Of a DNA stretch of 64,000 nt, positions 54,968-64,000 are shown piece after piece (position 1 is the first letter of the stretch; every line of letters begins with the position of its first letter). The notes beneath the pieces were generated by a model. The model was not told the origin of the DNA. It ran no database searches and saw nothing but the letters and a program-made list of their open reading frames with translations. This DNA comes from an uncultured beta proteobacterium (GTDB lineage: Bacteria; Pseudomonadota; Gammaproteobacteria; Burkholderiales; Casimicrobiaceae), in assembly GCA_963843595.1 (NCBI GenBank), contig CAWJLG010000008.1, positions 115,434 to 179,433 on the forward strand, written 5' to 3'. Position numbers and translations under genes: made by a program.

Positions 54968-56848
54968 GTGACTGTCGCGGCGGGTCCGAAGAAGCGCATG
55001 GCGCCTCTCGTCCTCGGCGCGCTGGGCGTCGTGTTCGGCGACGTCGGGACTTCCCCGCTTTACACGATGCGCGTCGTGTTCACCGGAGAGCACGGACTTC
55101 CGCTCAACCCGGCCAACGTCTACGGTCTGCTCTCGATCGTCTTCTGGGCGTTGATCATCATCGTCACCCTCAAGTACGTGACGCTGATCATGCGCGCCGA
55201 CAACCGGGGAGAGGGCGGCATCCTCGCCCTCACCGCGCTCGTCTCCCACGGCATGACGCATCGCTCGCGGACGCGCTGGTGGCTGGTCGGCTTCGGCATC
55301 TTCGGTGCCGCGATGTTCTACGGCGACGGGATGATCACGCCCGCGATCACGGTCCTCGGCGCGGTGGAAGGCCTGGAAATCATGGCGCCGGCGCTGCATC
55401 GCTTCGTCGTACCGGTGTCGGTGATGATCCTGGTGGGGCTGTTCTGGATACAGCGACGCGGAACCGCGTCGGTCGGGGTGTTGTTCGGGCCCGTGATGTG
55501 CGTGTGGTTCGGCGTGCTCGCCGTGCTGGGCCTTCTGCAGATCGCGGAACGGCCCGGGGTCATTTCGGCGATCAGCCCGCACCATGCGGTGGCTTTCGTC
55601 CTCGCGAACCCGCTTGCCGCGTTCCTCGCGCTCGGGGCGGTCGTGCTGGCCGTCACGGGGACCGAGGCGCTGTACGCGGACATGGGGCATTTCGGCGCCT
55701 CGCCGATCCGAAGGGCATGGCTGTTCGCGGTGATGCCGGCGCTCGTCCTCAACTATTTCGGCCAGGGTGCGCTCGTTCTCGCCAACGGCGCCGCGATCAA
55801 GAATCCGTTCTACCTCCTCGCGCCGCAGTGGGCGCTATTTCCGCTGGTCATCCTGTCGACGCTGGCCGCCGTGATCGCCTCGCAGGCCGTCATCTCGGGC
55901 GCCTTTTCGCTGACGCGGCAGGCGATCCAGATGGGTTACTGCCCGCGGCTCAAGATCCTGCACACGTCGGAGCGGGAGATCGGGCAGATCTATGTGCCGT
56001 TCATCAACTGGACGCTGTTCGTCGCCGTCACCCTGCTGGTGCTCGGGTTCCGCAGCTCGGACAATCTCGCGGGAGCCTACGGCATCGCGGTCGTGATGGC
56101 CATGATGATCGACTCAGTGCTGATCTACGTCGTCATGCGCCGCGTTTGGCGTTGGGGCATCCCGCCTGCGGTGGCGATCGCCACGCCGCTGCTCGCGATC
56201 GACTTCGCGTTCCTCGCCTCGAATTCACTCAAGATCCCCGAGGGCGGCTGGTTTCCCCTGCTGATCGGCGGGCTCGTGTTCACGCTGCTGACGACCTGGA
56301 AGCGCGGCCGCTCGATCCTGATGGACCGCCTGGACGAGGATTCGATGCCGCTCGACACGTTCATCGAGAGCATCGGCGCGAGCCCTCCGCCGCGCGTGCC
56401 CGGAACCGCGGTCTTCCTGACGTCGACGTCGAACCGGGTTCCGCATGCATTGCTGCACAATCTGAAACACAACAAGGTGCTGCACGAGCGGACCGTGTTT
56501 CTGACCGTTCATACGCGCGACATTCCGCGGGTGCCGGCCGCGGAGCGAATCACGATCACGGATCTGGGTCTGCAGTTCTGGAAGCTGCAGGCGCACTACG
56601 GATTCGTCGAAGAACCGGACGTTCCGGTGCTTCTCGAGGCATGCGCCGAGCGCGGCCTGGTGTTCGACATGATGGACACGTCGTTCTTCGTTTCCCGCGA
56701 GACGCTGATCGCAACCGTGTCGCCAGGCATGGCGCTCTGGCGGGAACAGGTATTCGTCGCGTTGTCGAAGATGTCGGTCAAGGCGACGGACTTCTTCCAC
56801 GTGCCCACCAACCGGGTCGTCGAGCTCGGCACCCAGGTCGAGCTGTAG
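54968..56848 (+). CDS. kup: KUP/HAK/KT potassium uptake transporter
   Basis: LGALGVVFGDVGTSPLYT signature. 12 TM segments plus a cytoplasmic C-terminal domain. GTG start. Confidence 0.95.
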   Translation: MTVAAGPKKRMAPLVLGALGVVFGDVGTSPLYTMRVVFTGEHGLPLNPANVYGLLSIVFWALIIIVTLKYVTLIMRADNRGEGGILALTALVSHGMTHRSRTRWWLVGFGIFGAAMFYGDGMITPAITVLGAVEGLEIMAPALHRFVVPVSVMILVGLFWIQRRGTASVGVLFGPVMCVWFGVLAVLGLLQIAERPGVISAISPHHAVAFVLANPLAAFLALGAVVLAVTGTEALYADMGHFGASPIRRAWLFAVMPALVLNYFGQGALVLANGAAIKNPFYLLAPQWALFPLVILSTLAAVIASQAVISGAFSLTRQAIQMGYCPRLKILHTSEREIGQIYVPFINWTLFVAVTLLVLGFRSSDNLAGAYGIAVVMAMMIDSVLIYVVMRRVWRWGIPPAVAIATPLLAIDFAFLASNSLKIPEGGWFPLLIGGLVFTLLTTWKRGRSILMDRLDEDSMPLDTFIESIGASPPPRVPGTAVFLTSTSNRVPHALLHNLKHNKVLHERTVFLTVHTRDIPRVPAAERITITDLGLQFWKLQAHYGFVEEPDVPVLLEACAERGLVFDMMDTSFFVSRETLIATVSPGMALWREQVFVALSKMSVKATDFFHVPTNRVVELGTQVEL

Positions 56849-56932
56849 CGGCAACGTTGCGACGGGGCGGGCGCTGCCGTACGCGCGACGCGTCGCCGGC
56901 ACGGCAGGGGCCTTCGGGCGCCGTAAGGAGAA

Positions 56933-56956
56933 GCGCCGGCACGGGGCCGGCGCTTT
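56933..56956. terminator. GC hairpin between the convergent kup and rpoH genes (bidirectional terminator candidate)
   Basis: GCGCCGGC-acggg-GCCGGCGC, followed by TTTG on the plus strand and TTCTCCTT on the minus strand. Confidence 0.5.
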
Positions 56957-56978
56957 GCCATCGCGGAGCCGGCGCGGC

Positions 56979-57833
56979 TCAGCCCGCGCCGATATGACTG
57001 CGCATGGATTTCAGCGCCTTGCTCTCGATCTGCCGGATCCGCTCGGCGGAAACACCGTATTCGTCGGCGAGATCCTGAAGCGTGGCTGGATCGTCCTCGC
57101 GCAGCCAGCGCGCCTCGATGATCCGGCGGCTGCGGTCGTCCAGGTTTGCCAGCGCGAGATGCAGGCCCGCCGTGCGGAGAGCCGCCGTCTCGTTGCGCTC
57201 GAGGATCTGCGCGGGCTCGTCCTCGGCGTCGGTCAGGTACGCAATCGGCGACACGGCCTTTCCCTCGTCGTCCGGCTGCGGATCGAGCGACATGTCGCGC
57301 CCGGTCAATCGCGTTTCCATCTCCAGCACTTCTTCCGCTTTGACGCCGAGATCCTTCGCGATCGCGCGCGCCTCGGTCGGGGACAATGTCGCCAGACTCG
57401 AGCGCATGCTGCGCAGATTGAAGAAGAGCTTGCGCTGCGCCTTGGTCGTGGCGACCTTGACCATCCGCCAATTGCGCAGGATGTACTCGTGCATCTCGGC
57501 GCGTATCCAGTGCAGGGCGAACGACACGAGCCGGACCCCGCGTTCGGGATCGAAGCGGCGGACGGCCTTCATGAGGCCGACGTTGCCTTCCTGGATCAGG
57601 TCGGCCTGCGGCAGCCCGTAGCCCAGGTAGTTGCGACTGACCGAAACCACCAGGCGCAGATGCGACAGCACCAGTTGCCGGGCGGAATCCAGGTCGTTGT
57701 CGCGAACGAGCTTGCGGCCAAGCGCTACCTCTTGCTCGGCCGTCAGCAGCGGAAAGCGATTCACCGCCTGGATGTACTGATCCAGACTTCCGAGCGAGGC
57801 GGGGGTCGGAAAGGCCAGTGCGGACGTCGTCAT
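56979..57833 (-). CDS. rpoH: RNA polymerase heat-shock sigma factor RpoH (sigma-32)
   Basis: ATG at 57833 (codon 26). RpoH box QRKLFFNLR, region 2 LIQEGNVGLMKAVRRFDP, region 4 LQDLADEYGVSAERIRQIE. Length 284 aa. Confidence 0.96.
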   Translation of the reverse strand: MTTSALAFPTPASLGSLDQYIQAVNRFPLLTAEQEVALGRKLVRDNDLDSARQLVLSHLRLVVSVSRNYLGYGLPQADLIQEGNVGLMKAVRRFDPERGVRLVSFALHWIRAEMHEYILRNWRMVKVATTKAQRKLFFNLRSMRSSLATLSPTEARAIAKDLGVKAEEVLEMETRLTGRDMSLDPQPDDEGKAVSPIAYLTDAEDEPAQILERNETAALRTAGLHLALANLDDRSRRIIEARWLREDDPATLQDLADEYGVSAERIRQIESKALKSMRSHIGAG

Positions 57834-57901
57834 CGTATCGGTCTCCTTCGTCGGGCCCGCGGCGGGGCAGCAATTATCTGCTCTCCGTGGCAAGTGCAAT
57901 T

Positions 57902-57928
57902 TTAGCACTCACCGCATCGGAGTGCTAA
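57902..57928 (-). promoter_or_regulatory. CIRCE element (HrcA operator), exact consensus, in the rpoH upstream region
   Basis: TTAGCACTC-accgcatcg-GAGTGCTAA, identical to the CIRCE consensus TTAGCACTC-N9-GAGTGCTAA. It lies 69-95 nt upstream of the rpoH ATG. Confidence 0.85.
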
Positions 57929-58208
57929 GCATGGCGAAAGTTCCCGATCAAATCGATCAGGTATATGGCAATCATGCTGCCGGTCCCGAATCCGGGCCTG
58001 ATGGACCGCCGGCATCGGCACGAATCGAGGCGGATACGGGTGCGATATCTCGATGAGGTGGTCGAATCGGCGAAAGTGAGCACATGCTTACTGTCGCGGC
58101 TTGCGGCGAGCGGTCGCGGTCGCTCTGGGTCTGCGCGGGACCGGAAGACGGGGGAGACATGGCCGACCTTCGGCCACTATCGGCCGACACCCGATCCGCA
58201 CGACCGGC

Positions 58209-59168
58209 TCAGCCGACGAGCGCGTCGACGAATTCCGCCGCCACGAATGGTCGGAGATCATCGATGCCCTCCCCGACCCCGATGAAGCGCAGCGGCACCG
58301 GGTGCTGCTTGGCGATGGCGGCGACCACCCCGCCTTTGGCGGTACCGTCCAGCTTCGTCATGACGAGTCCGGTGAGCGAAAGGGCGGCATCGAATGCGGT
58401 CACCTGCGCGAGGGCGTTCTGCCCGGTATTCGCGTCGAGCACCAGCAACGTCTCGTGCGGGGCATTCGGGTCGGCCTTCTGGATCACGCGCCGGACCTTG
58501 CGGATCTCGTCCATCAGGTGGAGCTGCGTGGGCAGCCGCCCCGCGGTGTCGGCGAGCACCACGTCGATTCCGCGCGCCTTTGCCGCCGCGATGGCATCGA
58601 ACATGACCGCCGCCGCGTCCCCGCCCTCCTGGGCAATCACGGCGACATCGTTGCGCGCACCCCAGGCCGCGAGCTGCTCGCGGGCAGCGGCCCGGAAGGT
58701 GTCTCCAGCGGCGAGCAGCACCGAGAGTCCTTGTGCCTGGAAATGACGGGCGAGCTTGCCGATCGAGGTCGTCTTTCCCGCGCCGTTCACTCCGGCGAGC
58801 ATGATCACGAACGGACGCGCGGAGGTGACGAGGAGCGGTTTCTCGAGCGGCGCGAGTAGCTCGAGCAAGGCGACCTTCAGCATCGCCTGCGGATCGCCCT
58901 GGCCGCCCGCCTTCTTCCAGCGCGCCTTGAGGTCGTCCAGCAGGTGCTGCGTTGCCGGCATTCCGACGTCGGCGCCGATCAGCGCGGCTTCGAGCGACTC
59001 GAGTGTTTCGTCATCGAGCGTCTTGCGGCTGAACGTGGCCGCGAGGGCGCCGGCGAGCTTCTCACGGGACTTCGCGAGCCCCGCCGCGAGCCGCGCCGTC
59101 CAGCTTTGCTTTTCTTCGCCGGGCGTCGCCGCCGCCTCGCCTGACTTGCGCTTGAAGAGATCGAACAT
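58209..59168 (-). CDS. ftsY: signal recognition particle receptor FtsY
   Basis: ML(A)GVNGAGKTTSIGKLA, DTAGRL and TKLDGTAKGG. Short acidic N-terminal domain. Confidence 0.95.
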   Translation of the reverse strand: MFDLFKRKSGEAAATPGEEKQSWTARLAAGLAKSREKLAGALAATFSRKTLDDETLESLEAALIGADVGMPATQHLLDDLKARWKKAGGQGDPQAMLKVALLELLAPLEKPLLVTSARPFVIMLAGVNGAGKTTSIGKLARHFQAQGLSVLLAAGDTFRAAAREQLAAWGARNDVAVIAQEGGDAAAVMFDAIAAAKARGIDVVLADTAGRLPTQLHLMDEIRKVRRVIQKADPNAPHETLLVLDANTGQNALAQVTAFDAALSLTGLVMTKLDGTAKGGVVAAIAKQHPVPLRFIGVGEGIDDLRPFVAAEFVDALVG

Positions 59169-59297
59169 CGACGTGAGTGTCGCTGGAGGCGTACCGCGGC
59201 GCCGCAGGGGCCGGGCACGGAAACGGGCAAAGGTATAATTTTACCCGCGCGCGCGGTCCCCGCCGCGAGTGGCGGCTTATCCATTTGCGTTTCACCC

Positions 59298-60764
<1,467 letters not shown>

Positions 60765-60887
60765 TCGCAGGGATCACGTTCGCCGCGCCCCTGTCGAAGC
60801 GCCGTAGGACGTGTCGGCCCGCGTCGGTCTGCTGCGAGGCAGCGGCTCGGTGGGAGGCAACGGCGGCGTTACCGGGCAGACGCCCGT

Positions 60888-62873
60888 TCAGGCGTTCGCG
60901 GCGACAGGAAGCGCGTCGGTCTGCTCGATGATGGCGTCGATCGCGGCGACCTCCGACTCGAGTGCCCGCATCTGCGCGACCAGCGCTTCGTCGGACTGTT
61001 CGAGCTCGGCGACACGCTCCTCGAGTTCACCGCTTGCCCGGTGAATGCGCTTGATGCTCTCCAGCCGCCGGCGCAGCTGCAGGTGATGCTCCTTGACCTG
61101 TGTCTCGAGCGGCGCCATCACCGCCTTCAGCCAGCTCTCGGCGTCGCGGTTGGCGATGACGTAGACGTGCTTCACGCGCGAGGCGATCGTCTCGAAGAAG
61201 CGCTTCATCAGAGCGAACTTCGCCTTGCTCACCATGTTCCACAGCGTGTTGAAGTGCTGGTTGTATGCGCGCTCGAGCCGGTCGATTTCCTTCTGGTACT
61301 TGAGCATCGAAAACGGGGGCGGACCGAAGTGGTCGAGACCGTGTTCCTTCGCGAACTGTGCATACATCGCCAGCATCATGTCGTGGATCTCGGACGACTG
61401 CCGCGCCGCTTCGGCCAGGTCGGCGCGAATCGAGGCGAAGAAGTCGTTCATCGCTCCGCGCATGCCCTTGGTGAATGGGCTGTCCTCGATCTGCCGGCGC
61501 GTTCGGGTGGCGTTCGTCCGCAGTGCGTCGAGTCCGATGTGGTCGAGGAGCCTGTTGGTCTGTTCCGAAAAAACCGTCCGCAGCGCCGTGTAGCGTTGCA
61601 GACCGCGCTCGAACAGGTCCTTCTGTTCGTGGATACGGTCCATCATGTGCACGACCACGTCCTGGTTCTTGCCGCGCAAGGCGCGCAGTTCGGCGAGCTG
61701 CTCGGCGACGCCCGCAACGCGTGCCTCGAGAATCGAGCGGACGCCGGCCGCGAGCGTGCGGACCTCGGCCTGCGTAGCCGCCCCGACGATGTTGCGCTTG
61801 GCCGGGATCAGCTTGCTAGACAGCGCGTCCTCGAGCACCGGAACGCGGCTTTTCGCGAGCAGGGCGTCGTCGCCGCTGACCTTCGCGAGCAGCGCCTTCT
61901 GCGCGGACACGGCGTAGACCTGCGCCGGCGGCAGGCCGAGGAGCTCGGCCGAGGTCTTCACCTGCCGGTCGATCTCCGCGGCGATCTCGTGCTCGGGCTT
62001 CAACTCGTCCCACAGCCCGTCGATCTTGTTGAGGATCGCAATGCGACCGGACTTCTGCGACGAGTCGTCGCCCGCGAGATGCCGGTTCCACACCTCGAGG
62101 TCCGTCTTCGTCACGCCGGCGTCGGCGGCGAGGATGAACAGCACGGCGTGCGCGTTGGGCAGCAGGTTGAGCGTCAACTCGGGTTCGGTGCCGATCGCGT
62201 TGAGGCCCGGGGTGTCGAGGATAACGAGCCCCTGCTGCAGCAGCGGGTGCGGAAAGTTGATCACGGCGTGCCGCCAGCACGGAATGTCGACGGCACCTTC
62301 GCCGTCGTTATCGACGGCTGCAAGAACGCCCTCGTCGTCGGACAGGCCGTATTTTCGCGCCAGGGCGACGGGAACGCGCTTCAACTGGCTGACGCGCCCC
62401 AAGGCCTCGCTCATCTTCTCCGGCGACGACAGTTCGAGCGGAATCGTTACCCACTCGTCCGCATAGTTCTTGAATTCGGACACCGACGCGTCCCGAAGCC
62501 GCGTCTCGATCGGCAGCAGGCGGATCGAAGCAGGGCGGGTCGCGTCATACAGCAGTTCGGTGGGGCACATCGTCGTGCGCCCGGCTGCAGACGGCAGCAG
62601 GCGCTGGCCGAAGTCGGCGAAGAAGATCGCGTTGATGAGCTCGGACTTCCCGCGGGAGAACTCCGCGACAAATGCCACGACGAGCTTGTCCTGATGGAGC
62701 CGCTCGAGCAGACGCTGGACTTTGAGGTCGATCTGGGCGTCGGCCAGGTCCTGTTCGGCCAACCACTCGTGCAACGCCGAAATACCGGCGGAGAGCCGCC
62801 GTCGCCAGTCGCCGTAGGCTTCGAATCGCGCTGCAAGGTCCCTCGACTTCACCATGCCGCTCTCCTGCGTCAT
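60888..62873 (-). CDS. dynamin-family large GTPase (bacterial dynamin-like protein)
   Basis: ATG at 62873 (codon 227 of the ORF; ATG at 62855 is an alternative). G1 AEFSRGKSELINAI, G3 ILDTPGL, G4 LNKID, then roughly 400 aa predicted helical or coiled-coil. Confidence 0.85.
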   Translation of the reverse strand: MTQESGMVKSRDLAARFEAYGDWRRRLSAGISALHEWLAEQDLADAQIDLKVQRLLERLHQDKLVVAFVAEFSRGKSELINAIFFADFGQRLLPSAAGRTTMCPTELLYDATRPASIRLLPIETRLRDASVSEFKNYADEWVTIPLELSSPEKMSEALGRVSQLKRVPVALARKYGLSDDEGVLAAVDNDGEGAVDIPCWRHAVINFPHPLLQQGLVILDTPGLNAIGTEPELTLNLLPNAHAVLFILAADAGVTKTDLEVWNRHLAGDDSSQKSGRIAILNKIDGLWDELKPEHEIAAEIDRQVKTSAELLGLPPAQVYAVSAQKALLAKVSGDDALLAKSRVPVLEDALSSKLIPAKRNIVGAATQAEVRTLAAGVRSILEARVAGVAEQLAELRALRGKNQDVVVHMMDRIHEQKDLFERGLQRYTALRTVFSEQTNRLLDHIGLDALRTNATRTRRQIEDSPFTKGMRGAMNDFFASIRADLAEAARQSSEIHDMMLAMYAQFAKEHGLDHFGPPPFSMLKYQKEIDRLERAYNQHFNTLWNMVSKAKFALMKRFFETIASRVKHVYVIANRDAESWLKAVMAPLETQVKEHHLQLRRRLESIKRIHRASGELEERVAELEQSDEALVAQMRALESEVAAIDAIIEQTDALPVAANA

Positions 62874-62977
62874 CACGCCGCCGCATCGCCACGGGGCTCG
62901 CCAGGGAAAACCACCCCTATTGCAGGCCATAAGCATTTCCCATGCCGCGGGCCCGCCGCCGGGGGTCCGGTCATGAG

Positions 62978-63793
62978 CTAGCGTTGACAACGCGGGCAAT
63001 ACGACGTCGCCCGACCCGCTTGGCGAACCGACTTTATTGCGTTGCCGCAGACGCGGCACGGCAGGCCGGCCCGGCCGTAGACAAAGTAGTCGAGCTGGAA
63101 ATATCCGCGCTTGCCCGAGCTGTCGACGTAATCGCGCAGCGTCGAGCCTCCCTTTGCAATGGCGTCGGTGAGCGTCGAGCGCACCTCGTCGACCAGTCGA
63201 CCGAGCCTGCGGCGCGAGATCCGCCGGGCCGGGGTTGTCGGGTGAATTCCCGCTCTGAACAGCGATTCGTTCGCGTAGATGTTCCCGACCCCGACGACAA
63301 CGTGGTTGTCCATGAGCGTCAGCTTGATTGCCGCGCTTCGGCGCCGAGTCGCGTGCCAGAGATAGTCGGCGTCGAACGCCGGCGAGAGCGGCTCCGGTCC
63401 GAGCCGGGAGAGAAGCGGGTGCTCGTCCGCCCGTCCCGGGACCCACAGCATGGCGCCGAAGCGCCGGGGATCGTGGTAACGGAGCGTGACCCCCGAGTCG
63501 AGAACGATGTCGATGTGGTCGTGTGGTTGGCGCGGGGGCGGCGACCTCCACAGCCGAAGGGTACCGGTCATGCCCAAATGGACGAGCAGCGTGTCCTCGC
63601 CCAGGCGGAACAACAGGTATTTGCTGCGCCGGTCGATCCGCTCAATGATCTGGCCAACGGCTTTCCCGGGAAGGGTCTCGGGAACTGGCCACCGCAGACG
63701 CCGGTCGTATACGTGCACCGCGACGATTCTGCAGCCGGCGACGTGGGGGTGCAGTCCGCGACGTGTGGTTTCGACTTCGGGGAGTTCGGGCAT
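62978..63793 (-). CDS. mutM: formamidopyrimidine-DNA glycosylase
   Basis: ATG at 63793 (codon 51). MPELPEVETTRRGL.., H2TH, and C-terminal zinc finger CRVCGNAI..YCPRCQ. Confidence 0.96.
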   Translation of the reverse strand: MPELPEVETTRRGLHPHVAGCRIVAVHVYDRRLRWPVPETLPGKAVGQIIERIDRRSKYLLFRLGEDTLLVHLGMTGTLRLWRSPPPRQPHDHIDIVLDSGVTLRYHDPRRFGAMLWVPGRADEHPLLSRLGPEPLSPAFDADYLWHATRRRSAAIKLTLMDNHVVVGVGNIYANESLFRAGIHPTTPARRISRRRLGRLVDEVRSTLTDAIAKGGSTLRDYVDSSGKRGYFQLDYFVYGRAGLPCRVCGNAIKSVRQAGRATSYCPRCQR

Positions 63794-63952
63794 CGGCGAA
63801 CCGTCGACGCCCGTTCGGCGACGGGCGTCATGTTGACCGGTCTTGGCGGGATTGGTGCGCCGCCGAATATACCCTAAGATGATCTGCGGTCCGAACGAAG
63901 GCGCGCCGTGTTCGCGGTGGCGGCGGTCAGATCCGCGCCGCAAGGTATCTGG

Positions 63953-64000
63953 ATGACAAGCATATTTCGCCGTTTCTGGTCTACGCTAGTGGCGGTCGGG
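63953..64000 (+). CDS. possible 5' end of a gene divergent from mutM (only 16 codons in the window)
   Basis: ATG at 63953 gives MTSIFRRFWSTLVAVG, which is signal-peptide-like. It cannot be assessed further. Confidence 0.25.
   Translation, partial: MTSIFRRFWSTLVAVG

Noticed and set aside
58209-59168. ftsY without downstream ftsE/ftsX as a possible operon truncation.
   Set aside because: ftsY-rpoH adjacency with ftsEX encoded elsewhere is a common arrangement outside the enterics. No gene fragments were seen in the 375-bp spacer.

Overview
High-GC proteobacterial chromosome segment spanning the replication-origin neighbourhood. The gene order looks beta-proteobacterial: no recF between dnaN and gyrB, rsmB-DUF4390-ntrYX, and a CIRCE element at rpoH; this taxonomic call is inference only. 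Almost all of it is densely packed core genes. They include glmU (partial), the complete atpIBEFHAGDC operon, parB-parA-rsmG-mnmG, mnmE-yidC-yidD-rnpA-rpmH diverging from dnaA-dnaN-gyrB, a type IA topoisomerase, dprA, def-fmt, htpX, rsmB, ntrYX-like two-component genes, kup, rpoH, ftsY, rsmD, coaD, a ferredoxin, a dynamin-like GTPase and mutM. No rRNA, tRNA, CRISPR array, transposase or integrase was seen. The ORF track shows GTG/TTG starts as M and contains many long Arg/Gly/Asp-rich shadow ORFs antisense to real genes. Starts were therefore re-picked by homology, by frame arithmetic against the track, and by 4-nt start/stop overlaps (GTGA or ATGA at kinase/enolase, mnmG/rsmG, rnpA/yidD and DUF4390/ntrY). 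The classic atp - parAB - gidAB - trmE - yidC - rnpA - rpmH synteny is interrupted by three non-core blocks: 380-11262, 18360-20690 and 25014-32075. No clearly novel multi-gene system is evident. Most noteworthy: (1) rnpA is split over two frames, an apparent 1-nt indel; (2) an MtnK-like kinase is translationally coupled to a divergent enolase paralog carrying active-site substitutions; (3) a 951-bp spacer with no credible gene lies between mnmG and a PfkB kinase, bracketed by a 14-bp near-palindrome; (4) a perfect 24-bp inverted repeat sits inside the atp operon between atpA and atpG; (5) a perfect CIRCE operator lies upstream of rpoH; (6) a tightly coupled MoaD-like/BNR-propeller gene pair.
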